This document shows positions 12,275-25,850 of a stretch of DNA of 64,000 nucleotides, piece after piece (position 1 is the stretch's first letter; each line of letters starts with the position of its first letter). Made by a program: the position numbers and the translations under genes. The DNA is from Lama glama (taxonomy: Eukaryota), in NCBI GenBank assembly GCA_028534125.1, contig CM052818.1:3102001-3166000 (forward strand), written 5' to 3'. The notes under the pieces are model-generated. The model saw only the letters and a program-made list of their open reading frames with translations. It was not told where the DNA came from and searched no databases.

Positions 12275-12421
12275 CATTTGGCCCTCCGTATCCATGAATG
12301 TGGAACCCATGAATACGGAGGGCTAACTGTAAGAGACTTCGAGTATTTGTGCATTTTGGTATCAGTGGGAGGGGGCAGGTCCAGGAACCAGTTCCCCTCG
12401 AATAGCACGAAACAACTGCAT
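12275..12421. mobile_element. MER2/Tigger2-like MITE fragment
   Basis: Internal inverted repeat 'gccctccgtatccatg...catgaatacggagggc' and a Tigger-like terminus 'caactg'. Confidence 0.6.
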
Positions 12422-14719
12422 GTCTGATCTCCAAGTAAAGGAGGTGCTAGCCAATAAAATAAGAGGGTTTCAGCTATTATGAAACAGACTCTCCTTTGTG
12501 AAGAGTAGACAGTTGTTAAATAGTATTAAAATTATGATGCTGGAATACAGTGTTTGTATTATGTACAGCAGTCATTTACTGGTATATACATAATTTCATA
12601 ATTAGTAAGAGACATACACTTTCCACCCCTAACTAGAGTAACTCAGGCAAAATGGATTAATTTTCTAGCAAATTGCAAATGATCAAAAGTAATTCTGAGA
12701 AAGTACAGTTATCTCTTTAACAGATATTTATAGAGCACTTAAAATATTCCAGGCAGGGTTCTAAATAGTAGATATATAATATGGATGAAAATAAAAGTCT
12801 CTACTATTAAGAAATTTATTATTAGAGTAATACCTGATTATTCATGCTTTTCATTTAGATTTTCAGAGGCCTCACCAAATTCTGCATATTTGTACAATGA
12901 TTGTGGTTCAAAACAAACCCAATACAGCATTCTACTTTGTAATTTTGTTTTGTAGGTTAAGTTTTCTAGAGCTGTAATAATCAAAATGAACATTTTAAAT
13001 GTTTTGGATTACAATTTTATAACTATTCGAACTTAATATCATCTTCAAATATACATATTAAATTGGTATGGAATCCTGTCCCAGAACTGTCAAATTTTCA
13101 AATAGCATTGATGACTTTTTCCATTGAATCTTCTCAGGTAGCTTTTTATTTTGAAAAATTAAAAACCTGTGGAAAAGTAACAAAAATAGTATGTTGAAGA
13201 CCTTTTATGTGGATACCAGTGGCTAGTAGTTAGCCAAATTTGCTGAACCATTTTGGAAGACATCATGACACATCAGGCCTAAATACTTCTAAAAATAAGG
13301 GCATTGTTTTACATAACCACAATATAATTTTCATATTAAGGAGATTACATACATAGAGTATTGTTAACTGATATACAGTTCATATTCATATTTTAGTTGT
13401 CCAAGGAGGACATTTTTTTAGTTCATTCGTTAACAATTCTCTTCTACTCCTGTCTTTACTTTCCAGTTCTGCACAAGATTGGTACATGATCTCAGGGGTG
13501 AAATAGTAAATATCATGGGATACTTCAGTCCATGCTATTAACAGGAAGTCTGTGGAACCACTAGAAAGGGATACTTTAATTTCTTGAAAAAAAAAAAGGC
13601 ATTTTGGAAAATTAAAGCTATATAAATATAAGACAGTGACATTTTTGTTTAGTTACCCAGTAGACATGATGATGGGAATCTTGGCTTGCAACTGCTCAGT
13701 ATCAATTTTTGTGTCAGAATTTTCTAAAAAGAATACTGTAAAAAAAAAATTCAAGCATGGAAAGAATTTATTAAAAAGATATTGGATACTCCCAAAATTT
13801 GCAGGAAAGTTATGGAACTGGCTTAGAAAATGTTTAGGAAATAGAGACAGCTGTCGGGCTCACAGTCCTAATCAAGCCACAGACCATCTCAGAAAGGCTG
13901 CTGCTGTCACATCCACTGAGGACCTGGTATTACAGCTCCTACTTTCACTGGACGTGGGATGTATTCAATCTCTGCTTCTTTAAGCCTTATCTTTGTCTTC
14001 TATGTTCCAAGACTAGTAACTCCCATTTGACCTACTCTAGATCACATGCAAGGGAAACTATAACCATATTTAGCGTTTTCATCTTCTGGTGAGGAGTCAG
14101 GCTCTCCCATAGGGTGAGGATTCCTCTAAAAATAGGAAGGAAGATGTTTGGTGAAAAAAATCTGCTACACATGTAACTTAAATCCATACTGTTAGTAAGA
14201 AATCCTTTAACTTCAGAAACAGAATAGGATGGGACAACTAGAGAAACATATTTAAAAATGAGAATGAAAATATTATATACATGACTTGTAGTTTATTGTA
14301 ACAGTATCAAAATGTGAGAGCAAGTTGTTTGTGTAACTCCCCCTGAAGAGTTTTTCTCTAAACAGCTGTGTGTAGAGTTAATTGATAAAGGCTCCTGGAC
14401 CTTACAGTATACAGCAGGCCACAGTCAGTAAACAAAGTAAAGGCAATACAAACCTTAGTGCTTTTTTAAAGTAGCTTTTTTTTTAATTAGCTATCTTCAA
14501 ACTAAGTAAATCACTCAAAATATTTCTGATAAAATCTTAGATAGTTTTCCAAAGAGTAAATGATAGAATCCAAGTTCCATAAATACGTCAGCTTGTCACT
14601 AGATTATCTAGCTTTAGCAAAGTAGAGGTTAGAATTAAATTTTCAAAAGAGCCATTTTTTTTTTTCATCTAGACATGGCATTCCTGAGGATTTCTTACAG
14701 ACACAGGAGTCAGGGTGAG

Positions 14720-15560
14720 AATAGACCCAGAAGAGTTGCAGAAATAGTACAAAATTCTCACCTGACCTCACCCAGCTTCTCTTTAAATGTTAACATCTTA
14801 TACCATAGTTACATAGTATAGTTATCAAAACTGAGAAATTAACATTGGTACAATACTGTTAACTACACGTTTTATTCCAGTTTCCCGAGTCTTGCCACAA
14901 GTGTGCTTTTCTATTTCAGGATCTAATCCAAGATACCACATTGTGTTTAGTTGTTATGTCTCTTTACTTTGTGAGGAGATACCTTTTATGACCCTGACAC
15001 TTTTGAAGAGTACTGTTTCTCTGCTGTACAGTGACTACTTTTTTTTCTCAACATACTCTCAGTTAGAATTGAATCACTAAGACTAGCCCAAACTCAAGGA
15101 GAGAGAAATTAAACTTCACTTAGTAGAGGGAGGTGTCTTAAATAATTCTTGCCAGCAGCAATTATTACTATGGTGTTTTAATGATAATTTCCCTGATTCC
15201 TTCTACATTTATTAATTAGAGTTCTAGAAGAAAAAGCTATTTTCCCCAACCCTGATCCAGGATTCTGTCAAGGATTACTCATTGTATTATGTTGTCAGTG
15301 TCTTTTAAGTCCCTCTTAATCAAAAACACTCCACTCCTCTTTTTTTTTTTTTTTAACTTTTTTTAAGACAATAAATTTCTGAAGAAGTCAAACAAGTCAC
15401 CTTATACAATATCCCACATCTGGATTTGTGTGACACTTATATGCCCTATATCCTGTAAACTTAGATCCAAATTTAAGCTTAATTAGATTCAAGTTAGACC
15501 TTTTTGATTTGAATACTTTATAGATGATATTGTATAATTCATACTGTACACGCAGTGTCT
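14720..15560 (-). mobile_element. Old L1MC-like 3'-end fragments
   Basis: 'acatagtatagttatcaaaactgagaaattaacattggtacaatactgttaact...tcaggatctaatccaagataccacattg'. Confidence 0.55.
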
Positions 15561-16890
15561 CATCGTTTATCCATAAAATGGTTTAAAGTTTGATCTCTGT
15601 GTCAAAGCAGTAAAACAGCCAAAGCTCTCACTTCTAAGGTAGGGTTTTCCCTTTGCAGTTCTTATTAAGTAATGTATGCGATAACTTTGACATCCTGCAA
15701 ATACCCATTTTCTTACCAGCATTTCACCTACTGGTTCTGCATTCATCAATGGTTCTTGCCTGAATCAGTTATTTAAGTAGGGCTTACCCATTGTTAATAT
15801 AATGCTGTCTGTCTGCATTTATTGACTAGCATTTTTCTATGAAGGAATTGTTCGTTGTTCCGTAAGACTCAGCACCTCTCCCTTTGCCATTTTAACCTAT
15901 TCCTCTGCCTTCACAGTAAGCACTCAATATTCTGTTGAATGGGTAAATAGAAGGAAGTAATTGAGTCCACACTTTCTGGCATGTATAGATGTTTATTTTT
16001 CTGGAGAGAGAATTCATACCTTTCATCACGTTCCTTGAAGGATTCTTGGCCAAATAATGAGAAACTGCAGTTGTTGGGAGACTACATTCTCTGATTTCAG
16101 AAGTGATAAACCTCTAACTCTAACATGTCTGGAGTAACCTCATTTCAGAATCCTATTTTGAAAATTAATTTATAAATTCTTTAAATAAGGATCATTCCCC
16201 TCCCCACCCCAAAATTAGGATCATCCCAGTCATGGATCTTATAATACATTATTTACCCTAATTAAATTTCTCAGTCATTAATTCACATTATCTGTTAAAA
16301 GTCTCTCCTAGAATCTTTTACTCTCCACTTCCACTGAGGAGTGATATTCATTCAAAGATTTCCCATTCCTTTGTGAGCATGTACAACACCTGATGAGTGA
16401 TTTACCCGTTATTTTTCAAAAATATGTTTATAGTGTAAACAAAAGTATGCTTAAATTGGACAGTTTTAGGAGACTCATGTGAGTTAAAAATTGAGGAAAA
16501 TTTAATGTTCTTCGTAATACTGGAGAAGTAGAAATAATCGCAGAACTTTCTAAGATTGATTGTAGAAAATGTCCTACATATCTAATGATTCATTTGAGAG
16601 ATTTTAAGCATATCTTCCTAAAGTAAAACTAGAAAGAAAGAAACAAGCAACAGGTTTAATTTGTAAAACCTAGACTGAAAACACAGACAAACGCTAGCTT
16701 CCCCTCTAGTAACAGTGTCTAATAGATTTGCAAGTAACATACCTTACATGTGTTTTGGAAGAAATTTTGAAGTTCTGGCAAACTTTTGTAAGTTCCCAAA
16801 TAGTGTAGTTTAAGGCAAAGATCTACCGAGTCCCCAGATTCACTTTTTAGTAAACAACTTTAGGAACTGATGCAAAAAAGAAAATTTTAA

Positions 16891-17052
<162 letters not shown>

Positions 17053-17850
17053 TAATACATTATTTAAATTTGTTACTTCCAGGAACTCTTAAATTAGTTC
17101 ATACTGTCTAAATTCGTAGGGATTTTATTAAATTTGTAATAATCTGTTTCGGCCACTGAGTCTAAATTTATTTTACTAAATAAAGGAAGAAGAGAATAGA
17201 ACTGATCATTTCTAGACCAGATGAAGGCTATATGTGGGCTTTTGTTTTAAAATGTATCAAGGCACCAGAATTGTTTATTTTATGTGTGGTGTCAGTTGAT
17301 TGGCTAATCTAGAAATTCAATTATTGCAATTAAAATGGGAAATTTGGTTAAAAAAATAAACATTTGATACTGTGTGAAAGTGTTTTTAACTTTATTTTTA
17401 AAAGTCGTGATTCAAGTTTTCATCAGACTTTAATGTATAGAAAAAACATTGAATTCACTCATCAAATTGGTATTAATCCTGAATCATAATATGTATAAAA
17501 AGACAACTTAAAATTCTTTTGATGAGAAAGACAGTGCTAATGAATAATTCTTTCATCTTTGGTCTCTCCTTTGTGTAAACTTTTGGTTTTCTTTTCTCCA
17601 GGAAAAAGTAATATATTTGTATATCTGTATCTGCTACTTTCTCTTCTGTTTATTCCAACTTAAGTCTTTTTATGTGGTATTTTTAAGAGTAATTGTTTTG
17701 CCAATTGGCTTCAGTTTGTTGTCTTGGATTTTAAAATGTCAAACCTTTGTCCTAGTGTGGCAGGGTCACCTACATATAATATAAATGGATTCAACAAATG
17801 TTTTTGTCCTTCACACTCTTCTAAAGTGTTTTTTGTTTGTTGTTTTTGGT

Positions 17851-17953
17851 TGGGGGGGTAATTTTATTCATTTATTTATTTTCAGTGGCGGCATCGGGGA
17901 TTGAACGCAGGACCTCATGCATACACTCTATTACTTGAGCTATACCCTCCCCC
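17851..17953 (-). mobile_element. tRNA-derived SINE (Vic-1-like)
   Basis: Antisense 'ggggattgaacgcaggacctcatgc...cttgagctataccctcccc'; 'agtgtttt' TSD on both sides. Confidence 0.8.
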
Positions 17954-18621
17954 TACAGTGTTTTCTTAACCACATTTAATATCTGTATGCTTTTGGACAA
18001 AGAAGAAAAGATCCCTGTACCCACAGAGAAAGATGAGAGGGAAGGACAGGGGAAAATGACGGAGAATTTAAAACCAGTTCTTCCTTCATCTCCTCCCTTG
18101 TCTTACTCATAGCATTTATGGAATGCTTACTTCCTGTTAGTTGTTTTAATGCTAATGCATTATCACAAATGCTTAATAGAAACATCATTAAGCAAATATT
18201 ATTCCCACTTATCATATACAGAAATGAGACAAAGCAAGGGTGTAAACCCAGATTGATCTATATCCTCTCCATTGGTCTATAGGCTGCTGTTCTCTCCATG
18301 TCTGGATCATTCTAGATGCTTGCCTGGTAAAGGTCGCTAGGCAAAATGTTAATGACTGCTAGACCTACAGAACGGACTAGCTAGGTTAGCCTCTGCCACT
18401 TTGTCTAAATTTTGGATTTTGGTCACTCAGAAGCTCAGATTAACTATCTTCCTCCCCCTCCTCCTCCTCCTTCTTCTTCCTGTCGTTATTATTAAAGTCT
18501 AAATCCCAGTCTGTTCATACTGTTGGACTGATGTTTGTATGTGTGAATTTTATACTCCCTATAGCACAAAGTCTAAAAATATATAGGCTTAGATTTTTTT
18601 AAATCTGAAAAGTATGGTTTT

Positions 18622-18750
18622 GGGAGAGGGTATAGCTCTAGTGGTAGCCCGGGTGCTTAGCATGCAGACGGTCCTGGGTTCAATCCCAGTACCTCCTCCA
18701 AAGATAAATAAATAAACCTAATTACCTCCCTCCCCAGAAAAAAAATTTTA
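18622..18750 (+). mobile_element. tRNA-derived SINE (Vic-1-like)
   Basis: 'gggagagggtatagctctagtggtag...gtcctgggttcaatcccagtacctcc...aaataaacctaattacctccc' with A and B boxes and an A-rich tail. Confidence 0.85.
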
Positions 18751-19700
18751 AATTTTAAAAATTAAAATGTATAGTTTTTTTCTGGGTATAAACGAAGTAA
18801 AATAAGCATTCTTATTTATTGGATTGCCCTATTCTTAGGTATGAGCTACTTCTCTAACTACATTCTGATGCTTAACATTGATCTTGGTAATAGAATTCTC
18901 GTTAAGTTTAGCATTAGTTTGAATTAAACAGTTTTTAAAACATTTTTATATTCTTTAATGTTTTTAAAATAAAATAGTGGATAATTTCAGTGTCATCGAT
19001 TTTGTGGTTGCCTTCTTGCTCCAAAATTCTTCTAAATCATTGCCAGTGACTTTTTTAAACTATTAATTGTACTTGAAACAAAATAGTATATTTCTTTATT
19101 CTATTATCATTCTAATCTTTTGAATTAGTTTCTTTTTCACAATTCTGCTTGAGAGATTATGGAAAGAATTTTAAAATGGACTATAAAATCATATAGTATT
19201 TTGCACTGACAAGTATAAAATACTGGGTGTTTTTTCTGCTTCTTTAATTTATAAGAAAACATCCAGGCTTCCTCTGTCATGAAACCTCAGCTAATTGAAA
19301 CACTAGCAGAAAAGAGCAGAGAATTTTTCAAAGCACCAAAAATTTTTGTGTTAGAAAGTCCACATTCTAAAACCTGTTCTAAAACTTTACTTACCAGAGG
19401 ACCTTTTCAGTTTTCAGAGCCTGTTTACTTATGTTTTAGTAACAGGTTTAAGAAGGTTAATTAAGACACTTAATCATTAATAAAAAGATTAAATTTTATA
19501 TAGTATAGTATAAGTTGTTGAAGAAGATAGCTTTCTATAAAATAGTATATTTTTAAGTGTTTACTTCCTTATCTAAACACTTGCAGAACAGACCCTTCAT
19601 TCTCCATGGCATGATAACTGAGATGTATAAAAGTTTGTGTAATTTTAAGATAATGGGAGTATGAAACTTAAAATTGGGTTTTATGTTTCTTCTTCAATAG

Positions 19701-19814
<114 letters not shown>

Positions 19815-20312
19815 TAAAGAAGGTGACTTGCGCTGAAAAATTCTAAGATGTATACAGTTCTGTTTCCTTTTTAGAAGACCTGTATTTGCTTTGCAGAAAA
19901 GGATCAAAGTTAATACTAAAAAGATGGGATAAAACTTTTAGAGGCATGTTTATGTTAGTATTCTTCATGTCACTTTGCACGTGGTAAATACTATTTGTTG
20001 CATTAATCAATCTTGGATGAAACATCTAGTAACATTGGATGCTAATGGGGAAGAATAAAAGGAAAAAATTATTGGTACTATAGATAGGAAGGGTAGTTGA
20101 ATGTTAATAGAGAAGTATGAAAGGTTAGGATTTGTTAACATTATTTGCCTAAGTATCCATTAAAAAATAAGTGTTGAAATTTTGACCAGAACTGATATCC
20201 CTTTGAATGCTTCATCTTCAACATTTACCTGTGTATTCATAGATGCAAATCTTACAATATCTGATTCTAAGCTTTATTTTTATGGAGTATAAATGTAGAA
20301 AAATTTTTTTAG

Positions 20313-20367
20313 GAAGTCAAAGTGAATTGGGCAACAACCCCCAGCAGTCAAAAGAAAGATACAAGCA
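20313..20367 (+). CDS. TIA1: TIA1 exon 4
   Basis: ttttag|GAA GTC AAA GTG AAT TGG...ACA AGC A|gtaagt; EVKVNWATTPSSQKKDTS. Confidence 0.96.
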
Positions 20368-20537
20368 GTAAGTATATTTTGTACTCTTTGAACGTTTGTT
20401 TTTATTGTACACAGTAGTTTTATTGTAAAGCATATAAACATCATACGTTTGCAGTAATGTTTTGATCGTTATCCTAAGATATGATTGAATATGTTTGTGT
20501 TAATAAATTTAAGAACAAATCTAATCTTTGTCATCAG

Positions 20538-20570
20538 GTAGTACCGTTGTCAGCACACAGCGTTCACAAG
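20538..20570 (+). CDS. TIA1: TIA1 exon 5, 33-nt cassette (TIA1a vs TIA1b)
   Basis: catcag|GTAGTACC...TCACAAG|gtaatt; frame-preserving, encodes SSTVVSTQRSQ. Confidence 0.93.
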
Positions 20571-21180
20571 GTAATTGTATCTTCTTAAACATAAAATGAA
20601 ATCTCTTGAAAGGGTATTCACTAACCACCTGAAATTTTTTTGTTTGATGCTGGGGGGAGCGGGGAGGGAGGGAGTCGTATTTCTATTTGTCTCTGGCAAT
20701 ATTTTTCCCCCTTTTCCCAGTGTTAACCAAGTGTGGCTTGTCCACAATTTTGGTGCTATTGTAAGTTCTCTGACCCCCCCTGTGGTAGCAGCTGATGTCT
20801 TAGAAATACTTTCACCACTGAAGGGCAAGATACCCTGCTTCCTTGAGGTCACAGTCTGTGCTTAACACCCAGATCTTCCGATTGTCCGATTGCTTGAGTT
20901 GCTCCTGAAACTGTGTTTCCCAAATGGCAACCCAATATGTTGCTTATGGCCTGCCAAGTAGGGGTAACTTTTCTTTCCAAATATACTTTGTCAAAATTAA
21001 TCTATGTGTCCATTTAAAGTGTTGATCCAACTATTGTATTTTTAAAGTGTTTCCTTTTTTGAGCATTGTCTTTTAAAAAAAAAAAAACTTCACATATGGG
21101 ATCGTTATTTCTCTCCAATGCTTTTTTAATGGCTCTGATATAAAGTGAAGGGATTACTGTTTTCATTCTGTTGCCTTCAG

Positions 21181-21299
21181 TCTTAGTTCACTTGCACATG
21201 GATTCACATAAACTGAATGGTGTAATGTCTGGGCAACCAAAACTGTTGGCTTTTGAGAAAACTGTCAAATACTTTAACATCAAACTGTTGCAATGCAAG
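21181..21299 (+). other. TIA1: Candidate TIA1 poison exon, 119 nt (intron 5)
   Basis: ttgccttcag|TCTTAG...TGCAAG|gtatttctttg; inclusion shifts the frame to TAA at 21865-21867 in exon 6. Confidence 0.7.
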
Positions 21300-21809
21300 G
21301 TATTTCTTTGATTGTTCTTCACAAAATACGGTTAAGCCAAGTATATCGTGTAGCTAGGTTCAGTAAATTGTCTTAACTGAGGCAAATCTAGTCTACATAA
21401 CTCATATTACCACTATTTTAATTGGTACAGATTTAATATAGTGGTAAACTGAATAAATGTAAATGACTATTATTAGAATAGTAATTAAGTCATTAATTTT
21501 TTTCAAAACTTGTTATAGATTATTAGTTTATTTTCTTAGACCAATATGATAATTGGCTGTAAATAGAAATGTAGTTGTCAGTTTTCCATTAGATATATCA
21601 CAGTCTTTAGGAGAATCTTCCCTGTATTGTCACTTTGATTCATTATGTTTAAAATTGATAGGATTTGTCTAGATATAGAATAGTGTTTTACTTATACTTT
21701 ACTATAATCCATAAATTAATTTAAGAATACTTTATTGAATAGATTTTAGTATTTTTTTAAATTCTAAAATTTTATTTTTCTTTTCACTTCCCCTTCCTTC
21801 CCCTTATAA

Positions 21810-21899
<90 letters not shown>

Positions 21900-24326
21900 T
21901 AAGTAGCAGAAGATAAATTTAAAATGCTTTTCATTAGAAACAATCTTATGTAGAAGTAATTTGAAAATCTGTTGTGAATTTTGGACATTAATTTTAACAC
22001 CTGAATGTAATGTATTGTATCCACTTGAATAAATACATTGTTTAGCAATTAATTCAAGCAGTTAACAGCCAAAGATTGTTTTCCCACTGATATATAAATC
22101 TTTGGTCTTCAGTTCTCTTGAAATTATTTTTCAGTGAGCATTAGCTTTTAAGAGACAAATTGGCTATTGTGCATACTGTTTCTTGTATGAGTGTCTTGCT
22201 AGCTTGGTCATGATCTTTAGTAAAGTTGTGCTCTCACTAAGGAATTTAGACCCTTTGGCTCTTCTATGATACCATGCATTTTCTGTTAATATATTTTAAC
22301 AAAAAGAAACCTTAACAATTTAACCCTAAAAGCAGTTATTGAATATTAATTCCCAGGTATCTACCCTTTTGTTGTTGTTGCTGTTAACAATAATAATAAT
22401 GCCTTTTAGTATTTTGTGAAGCACTGTCTTGCTTGCATTTTTTATTAATCATACAGTTTAGGCCTTTTGTAAATAGCTCATAAAGGCAGATTGATCATAA
22501 AAGAACTTTAATGTTTTGAAAAGCATGCCATATAATAGAGTAAAAATAATACATTGATTACTACACTTTCTTAGAAGTAATTGTTATATTTAGAAAAACA
22601 AAAATTTGGGGGGTTACTGGTTGCTTTATTATTGTTGTTCCAGCTAGAAGCGTGATAAAAAGGAACTGCTAGCTTTGTTTTGGTTTGATGAACAGACCAA
22701 CAGCAGAAATGAGATGAGAAGGAGACTGGAAAGTAAATGCCGTAGTATCGGTGTTGAATTTTGAGAGTTTTCATTGGAAGAGTTTAGAGTTCATTGGTAG
22801 GAGGATGAAATGCATAGTGAGCAAGGGATGACTATAAGTAAGGGGCTAACGTTAAAGGCAGTTGCACAATTAGGGTGTTTAAATGGACTCTACTTTTAGG
22901 TGAAATTTTTCTTTGTGGGAACTGATTAGGAGACTAAAGTTCTAATTTCTTGATTGTTCCTTTTAATCTGTCTTAGGGTTTTGATGATGGTTAGCTTGCT
23001 TTTAAATATCTAGACTGGAAGGTCTTAACCTTTGGCCTTTCAAAGGCTCTGTAAATCTCTGTGCAAAGTTCTGTGCTTGTTTTCATTTTGGTGTGGAGTT
23101 TCCTGTAAGTTTTATCCTATTTTCAGAGTGGTCACTGTATCAAAGGATTAAAGAACTCTGATCTAGATCTTTGCTGCTTCTTCCTTAGGGAATCCTTTCA
23201 GAAATAAGTAAGAATTAAATATAGTTCAAGGCTAACATTTCCTGAAATTTAACTTTAAGAAGAAAAAGCTTTTCTAACATTTTAACAGATTAGTTAGCTA
23301 TTTCATTAAATACTTTGATTTTGATTGAAGTAGCTTTTCTGAAAACATGGGAATTTTAGTTTGAGATTAGATAAAGATTGTTTAATAATTGATGAGTTTA
23401 AGTTAAGTGGCGTTTAAATTTTAGTGATTTCATTACTTTTTAATCATGGATCAGTAATTTCTTTTTGTTGAATATGTTGGTGGTATCATAATTATAGTCT
23501 GTAGATTTTTTTATCGTCAACTATAATTATTGATTTATGTGTTATTTTCTTCCTTGGTAAGACCTGTAAGTTTTATAATTTTCAGTCAAGGTAATGTATA
23601 ATGTCTGAGCCTTAGGCTACGCAAGGAGTTAGTGTTTCTAAATTTGAAAGAACCATTTTCAATTGGTAGCATCTTTTCCTGATTTTGTTGTTGGTGTTAA
23701 AGAAGATAAGTTCATAACTTTATATTTAAAGGTTCTCGTGATAGTCAGATATTCTCTCGAAGATCCTACAATAGTGCTTGGTTTATAAAAAATGTGTAGT
23801 AAATGATGGCCTATTAAAATATTTGCTATAAAAATACAGTACTTTCTTTCCCTAATTCATACAGTTTAAACTCTTCCTGTTCCTTGAGTTTAGGGTAGTC
23901 TAACAAATACTGGTATAGAAGTCAATCAGTTACAAATTAAATGCATGTGTACCATACAGATCATTTTAATAAGTATTTTTACATATTGAGAAGTGACTTG
24001 CATTAGTTTTCCCCTTTCACCATCACCTCTTTGTCATTTTGACCCTAAACTTAGTAATATCACTCCTAAATTGATCAAAATATGCTTATGTATACTTTTA
24101 ATATAAAATTATATTGCATGGCTTTCTGACTTGGGTTTTTGTTGTGAAAGTGCCTGTTTTGTTCATGTGTCCTGAGAGAACAAGCATTGTGACATACCTG
24201 GCTAACTTAAAAGCAGATTGCCTGTGAAGCACAATTTGAGTCCAATTTTTTGAGGTATGGAGTTTTAGCTATCATGGCTGGGTTTTTTACTCAATCTCAA
24301 ATAATAGGGCTCTGGTTATTTTGCAG

Positions 24327-24392
24327 AGTATCTCTGAAGAATGGACAGAATTGCCCTGGCTAACTACAAGCTACGGTTCACAGTGGATAAAT
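24327..24392 (+). other. TIA1: Candidate TIA1 poison exon, 66 nt (intron 6, '6A'-type)
   Basis: ttttgcag|AGTATC...GATAAAT|gttggc followed by a long U-rich tract; in-frame TAA at 24361-24363 (..RISVSLKNGQNCPG*). Confidence 0.72.
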
Positions 24393-24992
24393 GTTGGCGT
24401 GCTTTTTTACTTTCTGACTTTTTACAATTTTACTTTTATATCTTTTAGTTTCCAATCAATCTTATATGATTGCTATTTTAGAATTCAGTATAAAATCTTT
24501 TCTTATATAGTTTAAAACTAAAGTGTGTGTCTAGTGTTTTTCTTCAATGATTTAACATTTCTGAAAAATGTCAAGTTCTCAAAATTTACCCATAGTCCAA
24601 AAGGGGGGGTGAACTGATATGAGAAAATAAAATACTTTAATTAATTTAGGGAATATACAGCTTTTTCATTCTTTTAGTTTCCAGTTTTCTATTTTAATTT
24701 TTTAATGATTAGGTAGTATATAGTGTCAAGTAGCAAATTATAATTGCATGGTTAAAGAAAGCCATTCATTTAGTGTGCCTGTGAACTTTATACTGGTTAA
24801 GTAATTCATGTGAATAGCTGCTTTGACCATGCTTAATATTTTAAAATTTTAAAACTTTTTGAAGTGAGAGGCAGTTTCTGTACATTGTATACATGTATAT
24901 TTAAGAAGTTACTGATTTGCATGTTTATAAAATTAAGCCTCATTTGCTAATACATGATAAATTTTATAGAGTAAAAGGTGAATTTACATTAA

Positions 24993-25199
<207 letters not shown>

Positions 25200-25519
25200 T
25201 GAACAGTGCTTTGAGAGTAAAGCATAAACATTCTGTTTCAACTATTAGTCATTTCTTTCATCTGCCATTTGTCATTTCACTGATAATGTATACCCTTACT
25301 AGAGGACATCGTCTTTCTCCCGTTTGGTCATTTAGTCAACATTTATTTAGCACCTGATGCATGCAAATTACTGATACAGTGTTTTCAGAATATAGAAAGT
25401 AGAGGTGTTTAAAATCATCAGCCAGAGGTAGATAACTGAATATCTCATTTATATATTTAATTCATTATCTCCCTGTTTTATACTCTAGTATTTTTGTTTT
25501 TTTGAGTAAAGACATATTT

Positions 25520-25850
25520 ATCTAGAGAGATATATACTGTATAGAGTGTAGGCTATTTCAGAAGCCAAGAGAAAGGCCACGAGGTATGGGAGTTGGGTGC
25601 TCAGGTTAAAGTAAAAGTGGGTACACACGCCATAGACAGTACGGGGCATCCCCGAAGACGAGGGAGCTACAGAGGCCAAGAGGCACGGTGTTACCAGTTT
25701 TTATGGGCTCGGCACCTTCACTTGCCAAGAAATGGACCATTTCTAGCTACCCTGGGGAAGGGGTGGGATTCCCAGGAATTGGACCACTGCCCACTCTTTG
25801 ACCTTTTATGATCAGACTTGAAGCTGTCATGCTGCCTGTGGGCCTTGCTA
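25520..25850 (-). mobile_element. LTR fragment of the same family as 5608-6212
   Basis: Shares 'ccatagacag', 'tttttatgggctc', 'ggggaagggg..gggatt.ccagga' and 'ttttatg.tcag.cttga' with ~5750-6050. Confidence 0.75.

Noticed and set aside
18622..18700. Extra tRNA genes (A/B-box sequences here and at ~33492, ~58682)
   Set aside because: These are tRNA-derived SINE heads: multiple diverged copies, shared non-tRNA tail, TSDs and no intact cloverleaf.
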